A stretch of DNA of 64,000 bases from a bacterium (GTDB taxonomy: Bacteria; Chloroflexota; Dormibacteria; Aeolococcales; Bog-877): positions 131,384 through 195,383 of the forward strand of contig JAJYPP010000001.1 in assembly GCA_021795235.1 (NCBI GenBank), given 5' to 3'. The notes under the pieces were generated by a model that searched no databases, was not told where the DNA came from, and worked only from the letters and a program-made list of their open reading frames with translations. The position numbers were made by a program, and so were the translations under genes. How positions within the stretch are numbered: position 1 is the stretch's first letter; every line of letters starts with the position of its first letter. Below are positions 9,028-17,179 of the stretch, one piece after another.

Positions 9028-9711
9028 ATGTCGGCGATGAGCAGCTCTGCGGTGAGCCGGCCCCGAACTCCCAGGCAGAGGGCACGAGCGGCGGTCGTGG
9101 CTCTGCAGCTGCAGTACCCGGCCCACTGTGCGCTCCACCACCAAAGTCCTCTGGAGCTACTGGTGGCCACCATCCTCTCGGCGCAGACCACTGACCAGCG
9201 CGTGAACCTGGTGACCCCACCGCTCTTCCAGCGCTTCCGGTCTGCGGCCGACTATGCGAGCGCCGACCCCTCGGAGCTGGAGGCACTGATCCACTCCACC
9301 GGCTTCTTCCGGGCTAAGGCCAGATCCCTGATCGGAATGGGTCGGGCCCTGAGGGAGGACTTCTCAGGAGAGGTTCCAACTTCAATGGAAGGGCTAACCC
9401 GCCTGCCTGGGGTGGGCCGTAAGACCGCCAACGTGATCCTGGGAGTTGGCTTTGGGATACCGGGGTTCCCCGTCGACACCCACGTCGCCAGGGTCACCAA
9501 CCGGTTGGGGATCGTCGCGACCAGGGACCCGGTCCGGATCGAGAGCGAGGTCGGTCGCATGGTCCCGGCCTCGGAGTGGACCGATTTCAGTCTCCGCCTG
9601 ATCGCCCATGGCAGGTCGGTATGCGGGGCCCGGCGTCCGCGATGCCAGGAGTGCCCGATGCGGGCCTGGTGCCCGTCGTCCGAGTGTCCGGCTGCGGTCA
9701 CTCTTGGCTAA
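9028..9711 (+). CDS. nth: Endonuclease III (DNA-(apurinic or apyrimidinic site) lyase)
   Basis: HhH-GPD motifs LPGVGRKTANVIL and DTHV.RV, plus the C-terminal 4Fe-4S cluster C-x6-C-x2-C-x5-C (CGARRPRCQECPMRAWC). Confidence 0.9.
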   Translation: MSAMSSSAVSRPRTPRQRARAAVVALQLQYPAHCALHHQSPLELLVATILSAQTTDQRVNLVTPPLFQRFRSAADYASADPSELEALIHSTGFFRAKARSLIGMGRALREDFSGEVPTSMEGLTRLPGVGRKTANVILGVGFGIPGFPVDTHVARVTNRLGIVATRDPVRIESEVGRMVPASEWTDFSLRLIAHGRSVCGARRPRCQECPMRAWCPSSECPAAVTLG

Positions 9712-10520
9712 CGGTCCTTGAAGTTCGGCTCCCGGTGCTCCCGGAAGGCCAGCCAGCCCTCTCCGGCATCCTCGGTGCCCATGGACTCCCCCTGAGCGGC
9801 AGTCTCGAAGGCCAGGGTCGCCTCGAAGGTGGCTCCCGACTCCGCCAGGTCGAGGGTCCGCTTGAGGTCGCGCACCACCGGCCCCGGCATCGCGCCGATC
9901 TCCCTGGCCCAGCGCAGCGCCTCCTCCTGAAGGTCTGGGGCCGGAACCACTGCGCTGGCGAGCCCGATCTCGAGAGCGCGCTGCGCTGACACCGGGCGCC
10001 CCCGCAACAGCATCTCCCGAGCGCTGGCGGTGCCGGCGATTCGGGTCAGCAGCCAAGTACAGCCCCCGCCAGGGTGGATCCCCAATCGCAGGAACGGGGC
10101 GGCGAGCCTGGCCCCCTCAGCCACCAGGCGCAGGTCGCAGCTGAGGGCCAGGTTGAGGCCGGCCCCGACCGCGGGTCCGTTGATGGCGGCGATGGTGGGG
10201 ACGGCAAGGTCGCGCAGGTCCAGGAACGCTCGGTAGTACTCCGCCAGCAGGGCGCGTCTGCGCGCCGGAGTGTCTGCTCCCTTGGTCAGGGCGCCCAGGT
10301 CGGCTCCGGCGCAGAACGCCGGTCCGTTCCCGGTCACGATCACCACCCGCACCGCCGGGTCAGAGCTCGCGCGGGCGATGTGGGACCGCAGTTCCAGAGC
10401 CAACTCGCGGGTCAGCGCGTTGCGCTGGTCGGGCCGGTCTAGGGTGAGCCGCAGAATTCCAGGCTCCAGGAGTTCAGCGAGGACTCCTGGATTGTCAGGC
10501 GGCTGACTCTGCGTCACCAT
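9708..10520 (-). CDS. Enoyl-CoA hydratase/isomerase (crotonase) family protein
   Basis: Crotonase signatures LDRPDQRNAL and VIVTGNGPAFCAGADL. ATG at 10520 is chosen (the ORF is open to 10622). Its stop overlaps the nth stop convergently. Confidence 0.8.
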   Translation of the reverse strand: MVTQSQPPDNPGVLAELLEPGILRLTLDRPDQRNALTRELALELRSHIARASSDPAVRVVIVTGNGPAFCAGADLGALTKGADTPARRRALLAEYYRAFLDLRDLAVPTIAAINGPAVGAGLNLALSCDLRLVAEGARLAAPFLRLGIHPGGGCTWLLTRIAGTASAREMLLRGRPVSAQRALEIGLASAVVPAPDLQEEALRWAREIGAMPGPVVRDLKRTLDLAESGATFEATLAFETAAQGESMGTEDAGEGWLAFREHREPNFKDR

Positions 10521-10679
10521 CTGAGAATAACCGGGGGGCCCTGGTGACTGCTTCCGGGGGGGCGCGCCGCCGGGCGTCCGGGCGAGTTCCACGGTGGCGA
10601 TCGCCGGGCCGCCGTCATACAATCGAGGTCAGGGTCAGTCGCGGACGGGTGGCCATCGGCGCCACCAGAGGATGAAGTT

Positions 10680-10847
10680 GTGAACCAACCAGCTCCGTAC
10701 TTGCACTGGGCCTTCATCCTCATCTCGCTGCCCAACCTGGGCGTGATCCTGTTCATGATCCTGCTCTTCGTGCTGGCCATCTTCGTGCCCTTCCCGGGCC
10801 GGTCCCAGCGCCGCCAAAGTTACCGCGAACGAGACCGTGAGCGCTGA
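10680..10847 (+). CDS. Possible 55-aa single-TM membrane peptide upstream of the second cytochrome b
   Basis: GTG 10680 is preceded by AGAGGA. It translates to NQPAPYLHWAFILISLPNLGVILFMILLFVLAIFVPFPGRSQRRQSYRERDRER. It overlaps the next start by 11 nt and is below the ORF-track size cutoff. Confidence 0.3.
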   Translation: MNQPAPYLHWAFILISLPNLGVILFMILLFVLAIFVPFPGRSQRRQSYRERDRER

Positions 10848-11481
10848 TCCAAGCCGGGCCCCAGACCACGGCGAGGAGGAGGCTTCTCGAAGCTGGACGG
10901 TGTTCGTGCGCCGGCGCATCGAGCGCGAGCTACCGATAGAGCACCTCCTGCCGGACAGCGAACCAGCCTACGTGGGCTCCTGGGTGTACATCTTCGGCGT
11001 GGTCTCGATCGCGGCCCTGATCCTGGTGATAGCGAGCGGGGTGATCCTGGCCTTCTTCGGGCCCCAGTGGTGGCACGTGTCCCCGCAGGGCCTCTTCGTG
11101 AACAGCATCCACTTCTGGTCGGTGCAGATGTTCTTCATCTTCATGGTCCTGCACCTGTGGGCCCAGTACTTCGGCCAGGGGTGGAGGGACGGCAGGGCCG
11201 CCACCTGGATGGTGGGGGTGGTGATCTTCCTCACCGCCATCGTGACCGCCTTCACCGGGTACGTGTCGCAGCAGAACTTCGACGCCCAGTGGATCGCGGT
11301 CAACGCCAAGGATGCCATCAATGCGACCGGGGCCGGTGCCTTCTTCAATGTGCTGAACTTCGGCCAGATGTACGGCCTCCACATCGTCTTGTTCCCGGTC
11401 CTGGTGGCAGCGCTGGTGGGCTTCCACGTCGTCTTGGTCAGGCTCCGGGGTGTGGTCAAGCCTCCCGAGGACCCGGCGTAG
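10837..11481 (+). CDS. Cytochrome b6-like protein (cytochrome b N-terminal domain only)
   Basis: 214 aa with four TM helices. His-containing motifs SIHFWSVQMFFIFMVLHLW and MYGLHIVLFPVLV are typical of the cytochrome b/b6 N-terminal domain. Confidence 0.8.
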   Translation: MSADPSRAPDHGEEEASRSWTVFVRRRIERELPIEHLLPDSEPAYVGSWVYIFGVVSIAALILVIASGVILAFFGPQWWHVSPQGLFVNSIHFWSVQMFFIFMVLHLWAQYFGQGWRDGRAATWMVGVVIFLTAIVTAFTGYVSQQNFDAQWIAVNAKDAINATGAGAFFNVLNFGQMYGLHIVLFPVLVAALVGFHVVLVRLRGVVKPPEDPA

Positions 11482-12485
11482 TGCCCAGGCGAGGACAGGT
11501 GTCCCAGGCCGATTACTACCGCGGGGTCCCGACCTCCCCCTACGACCTGGTCAAGGAGATCTCGGTCGTCCTGGCGGTCATGCTGGTGGTGGTGATGGTC
11601 CTGGCGCTGGTGCTCTCCTCCCCCGATGAGCCGCCGGTCACGGTCCGGAGCTGGGCGCACGCGCAGCCCCTGGACTTCATGCAGACGGCAACCGGGGAGC
11701 TCCAGGGCACCACCATAAGTGCGGACTACGGGCCCCCGTACAACGTCGATGCGGACGGTAAGGATGCCGGTGACGTCATCGGCTCGGTCCAGACCCTGGG
11801 GCCCCTGGCACCGCAGGAGTGGGCCGGGGTGCACCAGCCCGTGGATCCGTCCCAGGCGTACGTCCTGGGGCCGCTGTCACTGGCCAGCGTGGGCCGGCCC
11901 CGACTGGCACATGCCCTCGCCGCCTATCGGGGGGCGTCTTCCGCGCAGCGCCGCAGTTGGCTCAACGCCTACGCCGCGGCGCTGGGACGCGCTCGGGTCA
12001 GCGGCCCGACGGTCGAGGTGCCCGCCGGCAATTACGGTCCTCTGAACGTGCTCATGCAGGCGCTCCTGGAGGATGCCCGGGGCGGCGCGCTGGACTCGCT
12101 GCTGGTGCGGAGCGGCCACTTCTACGACACCAACTACACCGGCCCGCTGCTGTTCCTGGGAGACGGGAACTACTTTCCGGGCCTGGCCGCCGCTCAGCAC
12201 CTGGCCAGCTCCCAGTGGGGGATGACCAACGAGACCGGCCGGTACCCCGGCCAGTCGTGGCTGTGGCTATTCACCTTCTGGTATCAGATCCCGCCCTTCT
12301 CCTCCGCCCAGAACGCCGATCTCATGGTGGTCCTCATCATGGGCTTGCTGTCGACCCTGCTGGTCCTGGTTCCCTTCATCCCGGGCGTGCGCGACCTGCC
12401 GCGCTGGCTGGGCCTACCGCGTCTCATCTGGAGGGAGCACTATCGGCTCCTGCGGGAGACCAGGCCCCCCGATCGCGGGCCCTGA
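11481..12485 (+). CDS. Membrane protein with a large extracytoplasmic domain and a cytochrome b C-terminal/subunit-IV-like tail
   Basis: GTG 11481 overlaps the upstream TAG (alternative start GTG 11499). It has an N-terminal TM, a ~230-aa soluble region, then WLWLFTFWYQIPPF...LLVLVPFIPG resembling PEWYF...LPF of subunit IV. Confidence 0.55.
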   Translation: MPRRGQVSQADYYRGVPTSPYDLVKEISVVLAVMLVVVMVLALVLSSPDEPPVTVRSWAHAQPLDFMQTATGELQGTTISADYGPPYNVDADGKDAGDVIGSVQTLGPLAPQEWAGVHQPVDPSQAYVLGPLSLASVGRPRLAHALAAYRGASSAQRRSWLNAYAAALGRARVSGPTVEVPAGNYGPLNVLMQALLEDARGGALDSLLVRSGHFYDTNYTGPLLFLGDGNYFPGLAAAQHLASSQWGMTNETGRYPGQSWLWLFTFWYQIPPFSSAQNADLMVVLIMGLLSTLLVLVPFIPGVRDLPRWLGLPRLIWREHYRLLRETRPPDRGP

Positions 12486-12512
12486 GTTCAGGGGCTGGCG
12501 GCAAGCGCTCGT

Positions 12513-12521
12513 TGGTATACT
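12513..12521 (+). promoter_or_regulatory. Candidate extended -10 element TGGTATACT upstream of glmU
   Basis: TGnTATAnT motif 45 nt upstream of the glmU GTG. Confidence 0.35.
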
Positions 12522-12565
12522 CGCCATCCGAGCCGGGGTGAGCGCGGCCGACCGCGAGGTGGAGA

Positions 12566-13969
12566 GTGGCTGACAGCACTTTGGTGCGCGCGGTGATTCT
12601 GGCGGCCGGCCGGGGGACGCGGATGGTGTCCTCTCGGTCCAAGCCTCTCCACGAGGTGGGGGGGCTGCCCATGATCCAGCATGTGCTGAGATCGGTGTCG
12701 GAGGTCGTGCCGGAGCCGCCGGTCGTAGTGGTCGCGCCTGGCGACCGCGATCTTGTGGCTCAGCTCGGAGATCGGGCGGTGGCTGTGACTCAGGCCACCG
12801 GCTCCGGGACCGGAGCGGCCGTCCTGGCGGCGCGCGCGGCCCTGGGCTCAGCCGGCGCGGCACTGGTCCTGCCCGCGGACATGCCGCTCCTGTCTCCCTT
12901 GAGCCTGCGCTCACTCCTGGCCACGCTGCAGTCCACCTCGGCGGGAGCGGCCGTGCTGGTAGCCGAGGTAGAGGACGCCGTGTCCTATGGGCGGATCGAG
13001 CGGGATCCCGCAGGCGGCCTGCTGCGCATCGTGGAGGCGGCTGATGAGCCCGCACGGCGCGGAGGCGCCGAGGTGAATTGCGGGGCCTACGTGTTTCGCC
13101 TGCCGCAGCTCTGGGATGCCCTGGCGGATCTGGGCAGTGACAACGCTCAATCGGAGCTCTATCTGAGCTGGGCGCCCGCTCGGATCGCCGGCGGCTGCGC
13201 CCTGGTTTCGTTGCCCGACCCGACCGAGGCCCTGCAGATCAACGACCGGATCCAGCTGGCCAGGGCGGAGGCGGCCCTGAGGCGCCGCACCCTCCGGCGC
13301 CTGATGCTGGAGGGGGTGACGGTGGTTGACCCGGAGTCGACCTGGGTCGACTGCGACGTTCGGGTGGGCTCGGACTCGGTGGTCCATCCCGGCACGGTGC
13401 TGAGGGGTGCGACCGTGGTGGGGCGGCACTGCGAGCTCGGGCCGTTCGCGGAGCTGGATTCCTGCGAGGTCGCCGACGGCTGCCGGGTGGGACGCAGCTC
13501 CCTGCACGGCTGCAAGTTGGAGGAGGGCGCCGACATCGGGCCCTTCAACCGCGTTCGTCCCGGGACCGTGCTCGGGCCCCGCAGCCACCTGGGGACCTTC
13601 ACCGAGGTGGTGCGCAGCCGGGTGGGCGCCGGCAGTCAGGTGCCCCATCTGAGCTACGTGGGGGACGCTGAGCTGGGCGACGACGTCAATGTGGGTGCCG
13701 GCACCATCACGGCCAATTGGGATGGGATCGCCAAGCGGCGCACCGTGGTTGAAGATGGCGTGCGGCTGGGCAGCGACACCATCCTGGTGGCCCCGATCCG
13801 GGTTGGCAAGATGGCTTACACCGCTGCCGGATCGGTCCTGACTGCCGATGTGCCGCCTGGCTCCCTGGCGGTCGCCAGGGTTCCCCAACGCAATCTTGAG
13901 GGTTGGGTCGCGCGCCGTCGCCCTCACGGCAGGCCGGTCGCCGAGGTGGCGGTGGAGGAGGACGGTTGA
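12566..13969 (+). CDS. glmU: Bifunctional UDP-N-acetylglucosamine pyrophosphorylase / glucosamine-1-phosphate N-acetyltransferase
   Basis: N-terminal LAAGRGTRM nucleotidyltransferase motif and C-terminal left-handed beta-helix hexapeptide repeats. 467 aa. Confidence 0.9.
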   Translation: MADSTLVRAVILAAGRGTRMVSSRSKPLHEVGGLPMIQHVLRSVSEVVPEPPVVVVAPGDRDLVAQLGDRAVAVTQATGSGTGAAVLAARAALGSAGAALVLPADMPLLSPLSLRSLLATLQSTSAGAAVLVAEVEDAVSYGRIERDPAGGLLRIVEAADEPARRGGAEVNCGAYVFRLPQLWDALADLGSDNAQSELYLSWAPARIAGGCALVSLPDPTEALQINDRIQLARAEAALRRRTLRRLMLEGVTVVDPESTWVDCDVRVGSDSVVHPGTVLRGATVVGRHCELGPFAELDSCEVADGCRVGRSSLHGCKLEEGADIGPFNRVRPGTVLGPRSHLGTFTEVVRSRVGAGSQVPHLSYVGDAELGDDVNVGAGTITANWDGIAKRRTVVEDGVRLGSDTILVAPIRVGKMAYTAAGSVLTADVPPGSLAVARVPQRNLEGWVARRRPHGRPVAEVAVEEDG

Positions 13970-14919
13970 GGGGAGCCGACGGGCCGCTGATGCTGCTGTG
14001 CGGGACCGCCCACCCCGAGCTGGGGCGCCGGATCTCGGAAGAGGTGGGGGTCTCCCTGACCCCGATGGAGATCACTAGATTCGCGGATGGGGAGTTCGAC
14101 GTCCGGATCGGTGAGTCGGTGCGTGGGCATGACGTCTTCGTGATCCAGCCGACCTGTCCTCCGGTCAACGACAACTACATGGAGCTGTTCGTGATCCTGG
14201 ACGCCCTGCGTCGGGCCAGCGCGGCGCGGATAAACGCGGTGCTGCCCTACTACGGATACCAGCGCAAGGAGAAGAAGACCAGAGCCAGGGATCCCATCTC
14301 GGCCAAGCTCATGGCCAACTTCCTGCAGGTGGCGGGGGCGGAGCGCATGATCGTGCTCGACCTTCACGCAGAGGCAATCCAGGGCTTCTTCGACATCCCC
14401 GTGGACGCGCTGACCGCGAGCAAGATTCTGGCCGGACACATCAGGTCGCGCCACGGCCGTCAGCCCATCGTGGTGGTCTCTCCGGATGTCGGCGGGACCG
14501 CCCGGGCGCGAGCCATCGCCCGCCTTCTGGAGTGTCCTCTCGCCATCATCGACAAGCGGCGCCCGCGCGATGACGACATCGAGGTCCTCAATGTCATCGG
14601 TGACGTCCAGGACAGCACCTGCGTGGTGGTCGACGACCTCATCTCCACCGCCTCCACCCTGGTCGGGGCCGCCCACGCGTTGCGGCAGGGAGGGGCCTCG
14701 TCGGTCGATGTCCTGGCTACCCATGGGGTGCTGAGCGCGGGCTCCCTCGAACGTCTGACCGAAGCCTTCGTGGATGAGGTTGTGGTCACCGACACCATCC
14801 CCCTCTCGGTGGAGGCCGCTCGCAATCCCAAGGTCACCCAGGTGTCGGTGGCTCCCTTGATCGCCGAGGCGATCGTGCGGGTGCATGAGGGGCGATCGGT
14901 GTCAGCTCTGTTTCGATGA
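13966..14919 (+). CDS. prs: Ribose-phosphate pyrophosphokinase
   Basis: Motifs: RFADGE, VVIQ-like VFVIQPTCPP, YYGYQRKEKK, PRPP-binding VVDDLISTASTL. TTG 13966 overlaps the glmU TGA (alternative start ATG 13990). Confidence 0.9.
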   Translation: MRGADGPLMLLCGTAHPELGRRISEEVGVSLTPMEITRFADGEFDVRIGESVRGHDVFVIQPTCPPVNDNYMELFVILDALRRASAARINAVLPYYGYQRKEKKTRARDPISAKLMANFLQVAGAERMIVLDLHAEAIQGFFDIPVDALTASKILAGHIRSRHGRQPIVVVSPDVGGTARARAIARLLECPLAIIDKRRPRDDDIEVLNVIGDVQDSTCVVVDDLISTASTLVGAAHALRQGGASSVDVLATHGVLSAGSLERLTEAFVDEVVVTDTIPLSVEAARNPKVTQVSVAPLIAEAIVRVHEGRSVSALFR

Positions 14920-14930
14920 GCGGGTCCGGC

Positions 14931-14939
14931 TGCTAAACT
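14931..14939 (+). promoter_or_regulatory. Candidate extended -10 element TGCTAAACT
   Basis: TGnTAAACT motif in the intergenic region between prs and the CNNM/CorC gene. Confidence 0.25.
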
Positions 14940-15101
14940 CGGGCCGAAGATGGGCTCTGGCTCACCCGCAGGTCGAACACGCAGGCGCCTCACCTGCGCC
15001 CTGAGTCACGTTGGATGGGACCCGTCCGCCGCTGCGGCGGACGCAGCCCGCCAGTCTGGGTGTCCGGGCATCCTGAAACCGTGGCGGCCCGAGGCCCGCC
15101 G

Positions 15102-16427
15102 ATGACCGTCTGGCTGGTAGTCGTGCTGGTGGTGGCCCTGATCCTGGCCGCGCTTTCGGCTACGGCGGAGACCGCGCTCACCTCGGTGAGCCGGATTCGA
15201 GTTCGAGCCCGGGCGGACGAGGGGGACTTCCGGGCGGCGCAGATCGAGCGCCTGCACGGCAATCCCGGCGGCTACCTGGGCGCGATTCTGGTGACCAACA
15301 CCCTTGCCCTCATGCTCGCCTCGTCGTCAGCCACTCTGCTCGCCGCCCGCCGCTTCGGTACCGGGGCGGGCTTCTGGTCGGCGGTCGTGTTGGCTGTCCT
15401 GGTCATGCTCTTCTGCGAAATTGGGCCCAAGGCGTACGCCCTCCAGCACAACGAGCGGGTGGCGAGGCTGGTGGCGCCGTCGGTAACGGCAGCCACCCGG
15501 GTGCTGGGGCCGTTGGTTGCGGTGTTGAGCTGGGTCACCTCGGGAATCACCAGGCTGCTGCCCGGTGACGGGGGGCGCGGGATTCCCTTCCTGACCGAGG
15601 ACGAGCTGAAGGCGCTGGTCGCGGCCAGCTCGGTGGAGGGCATCGTGGAGGAGGAGGAACGCGAGATGATCCACGGCGTCCTGGAGATGACCGACAAGCC
15701 GGTCCGGGAGGTGATGGTGCCCAGGGTGCAGATGGTTGCCCTGCCCAGCGATGCCTCGCTGGAGGAGGCGGTCCAGGTCGTGCTCGAGCACGGCCACAGC
15801 CGGATCCCGGTCTACGAGGAGACCATCGACAACATCGTAGGGGTGGTCTACGCCAAGGATCTTCTGCGAGCCCGGGCGGGGTCGGGCCCGGCTCCCGTGG
15901 GAGTGCAGGCTCTGGCTCGGGCGGCCACCTTCGTGCCGGAGGCAAAGCATCTCGGGGAGCTGCTGCAGGAGATGCAGCTCGCCAAGGTGCACCTGGTCCT
16001 GGTGGTCGACGAGTACGGCGGCACCGCCGGCCTGGTGACCATCGAGGATGTCCTGGAGGAGATCGTGGGTCCGATCCGCGACGAGTACGACCTGGCGGAG
16101 CAGGAGGAGATCCAGCTGGTCAGTCCCAACGAGGCACTGCTGTCCGCCTCGGCGAGCCTGGACGATGTCAATGAGCTGCTCCAGCTGCATCTGGAGGGCG
16201 AGGACTTCGACTCCGTCGGCGGCCTGGTGTACTCGCTGCTGGGGCGGATTCCCCGGGTGGGAGAGAAGGTGGACGCCGGCCCGGGGCTCACAATCACAGT
16301 CGAGTCGATAGATCGGCAGGCCATTCAGACGGTCCGGCTCAGCCGGGTCACCCCTTTCGAGGTGGAGCATGAAGCGGCCGCGCCACCGGCCGATGGAGCC
16401 GGCCCCCCTGCCAACGGCTCCGCCTGA
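15102..16427 (+). CDS. CNNM/DUF21-CBS-CorC_HlyC family transporter (hemolysin-like / Mg-Co efflux type)
   Basis: N-terminal DUF21 TM domain (AETALTSVSRIR), a CBS pair (VMVPR..., GHSRIPVY) and a CorC_HlyC C-terminal domain. ATG 15102 is chosen. Confidence 0.85.
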   Translation: MTVWLVVVLVVALILAALSATAETALTSVSRIRVRARADEGDFRAAQIERLHGNPGGYLGAILVTNTLALMLASSSATLLAARRFGTGAGFWSAVVLAVLVMLFCEIGPKAYALQHNERVARLVAPSVTAATRVLGPLVAVLSWVTSGITRLLPGDGGRGIPFLTEDELKALVAASSVEGIVEEEEREMIHGVLEMTDKPVREVMVPRVQMVALPSDASLEEAVQVVLEHGHSRIPVYEETIDNIVGVVYAKDLLRARAGSGPAPVGVQALARAATFVPEAKHLGELLQEMQLAKVHLVLVVDEYGGTAGLVTIEDVLEEIVGPIRDEYDLAEQEEIQLVSPNEALLSASASLDDVNELLQLHLEGEDFDSVGGLVYSLLGRIPRVGEKVDAGPGLTITVESIDRQAIQTVRLSRVTPFEVEHEAAAPPADGAGPPANGSA

Positions 16428-16432
16428 TCCAC

Positions 16433-17179
16433 TTGGCCTCACCGTTCTCCGACGAGGGGATCGTCCTCCGCCGCCGCGCCTATGGAGACGCCGACCGGAT
16501 CCTGGTGATCCTGACCAGAGACCATGGCAAGCTGAGCGTGATGGCCAAGGGGCTGCGGCGTCCCCGGGCGCGCAACGCGGCCGGGATGGACCTCCTGGCC
16601 CGCTCCCAGCTCCTGCTCGTCCCCGGGCGGAGCATGGCGGTGCTGGCGCAAGCCCGGCCGATCGGACCCAGCCCCGGTCCTCCCGACCCGGTCGGGCTGG
16701 CGTGCGCCGGGGTGCTGGCGGAGCTGGTGGACGCCACCGTGGAGGAGGGGCATCCTGAGCCCAGGGTCTATGAGATCCTGGCCGAGGCCTCGGCCAGGAT
16801 CGGCTCGGCGGATGCTGATCCCCGCCTCTGGCTGGCGCTGGCCGCCTTCGCACTCGCCGCCGTGGGGGGCTACCAGCCGGAGCTGAGGGTCTGCGTTGCC
16901 TGCGGCCGTGAGTTGGAAAACCGGGAGGGCCGGTTCGTCAGCGCCCTGGGGGGAGTGGTCCAGGGTGACTGCCAGGCCGGAGCCGCGGCGCTGCCGTGCA
17001 GCGCGGCCACCCTGCGCGTGCTGCGCCGGATGGCGCTGGCTGATGAGCGCACGGTGCTCAGGCTGCGCTGGAACGCGGTCCTCAAGGACGAAGTGGAAGC
17101 AATCCTTATCGCGCATCTGGAGCATCATCTGGACCGCCCCATCAAGGCGGCCCGGGTGCTGGTGGAGTTGCGACCGTGA
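16433..17179 (+). CDS. recO: DNA repair protein RecO
   Basis: OB-fold N-terminus (EGIVLRRRAYGDADRILVILTRDHGKLSVMAKG) and zinc motif CVACG...C. TTG start. Confidence 0.85.
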   Translation: MASPFSDEGIVLRRRAYGDADRILVILTRDHGKLSVMAKGLRRPRARNAAGMDLLARSQLLLVPGRSMAVLAQARPIGPSPGPPDPVGLACAGVLAELVDATVEEGHPEPRVYEILAEASARIGSADADPRLWLALAAFALAAVGGYQPELRVCVACGRELENREGRFVSALGGVVQGDCQAGAAALPCSAATLRVLRRMALADERTVLRLRWNAVLKDEVEAILIAHLEHHLDRPIKAARVLVELRP

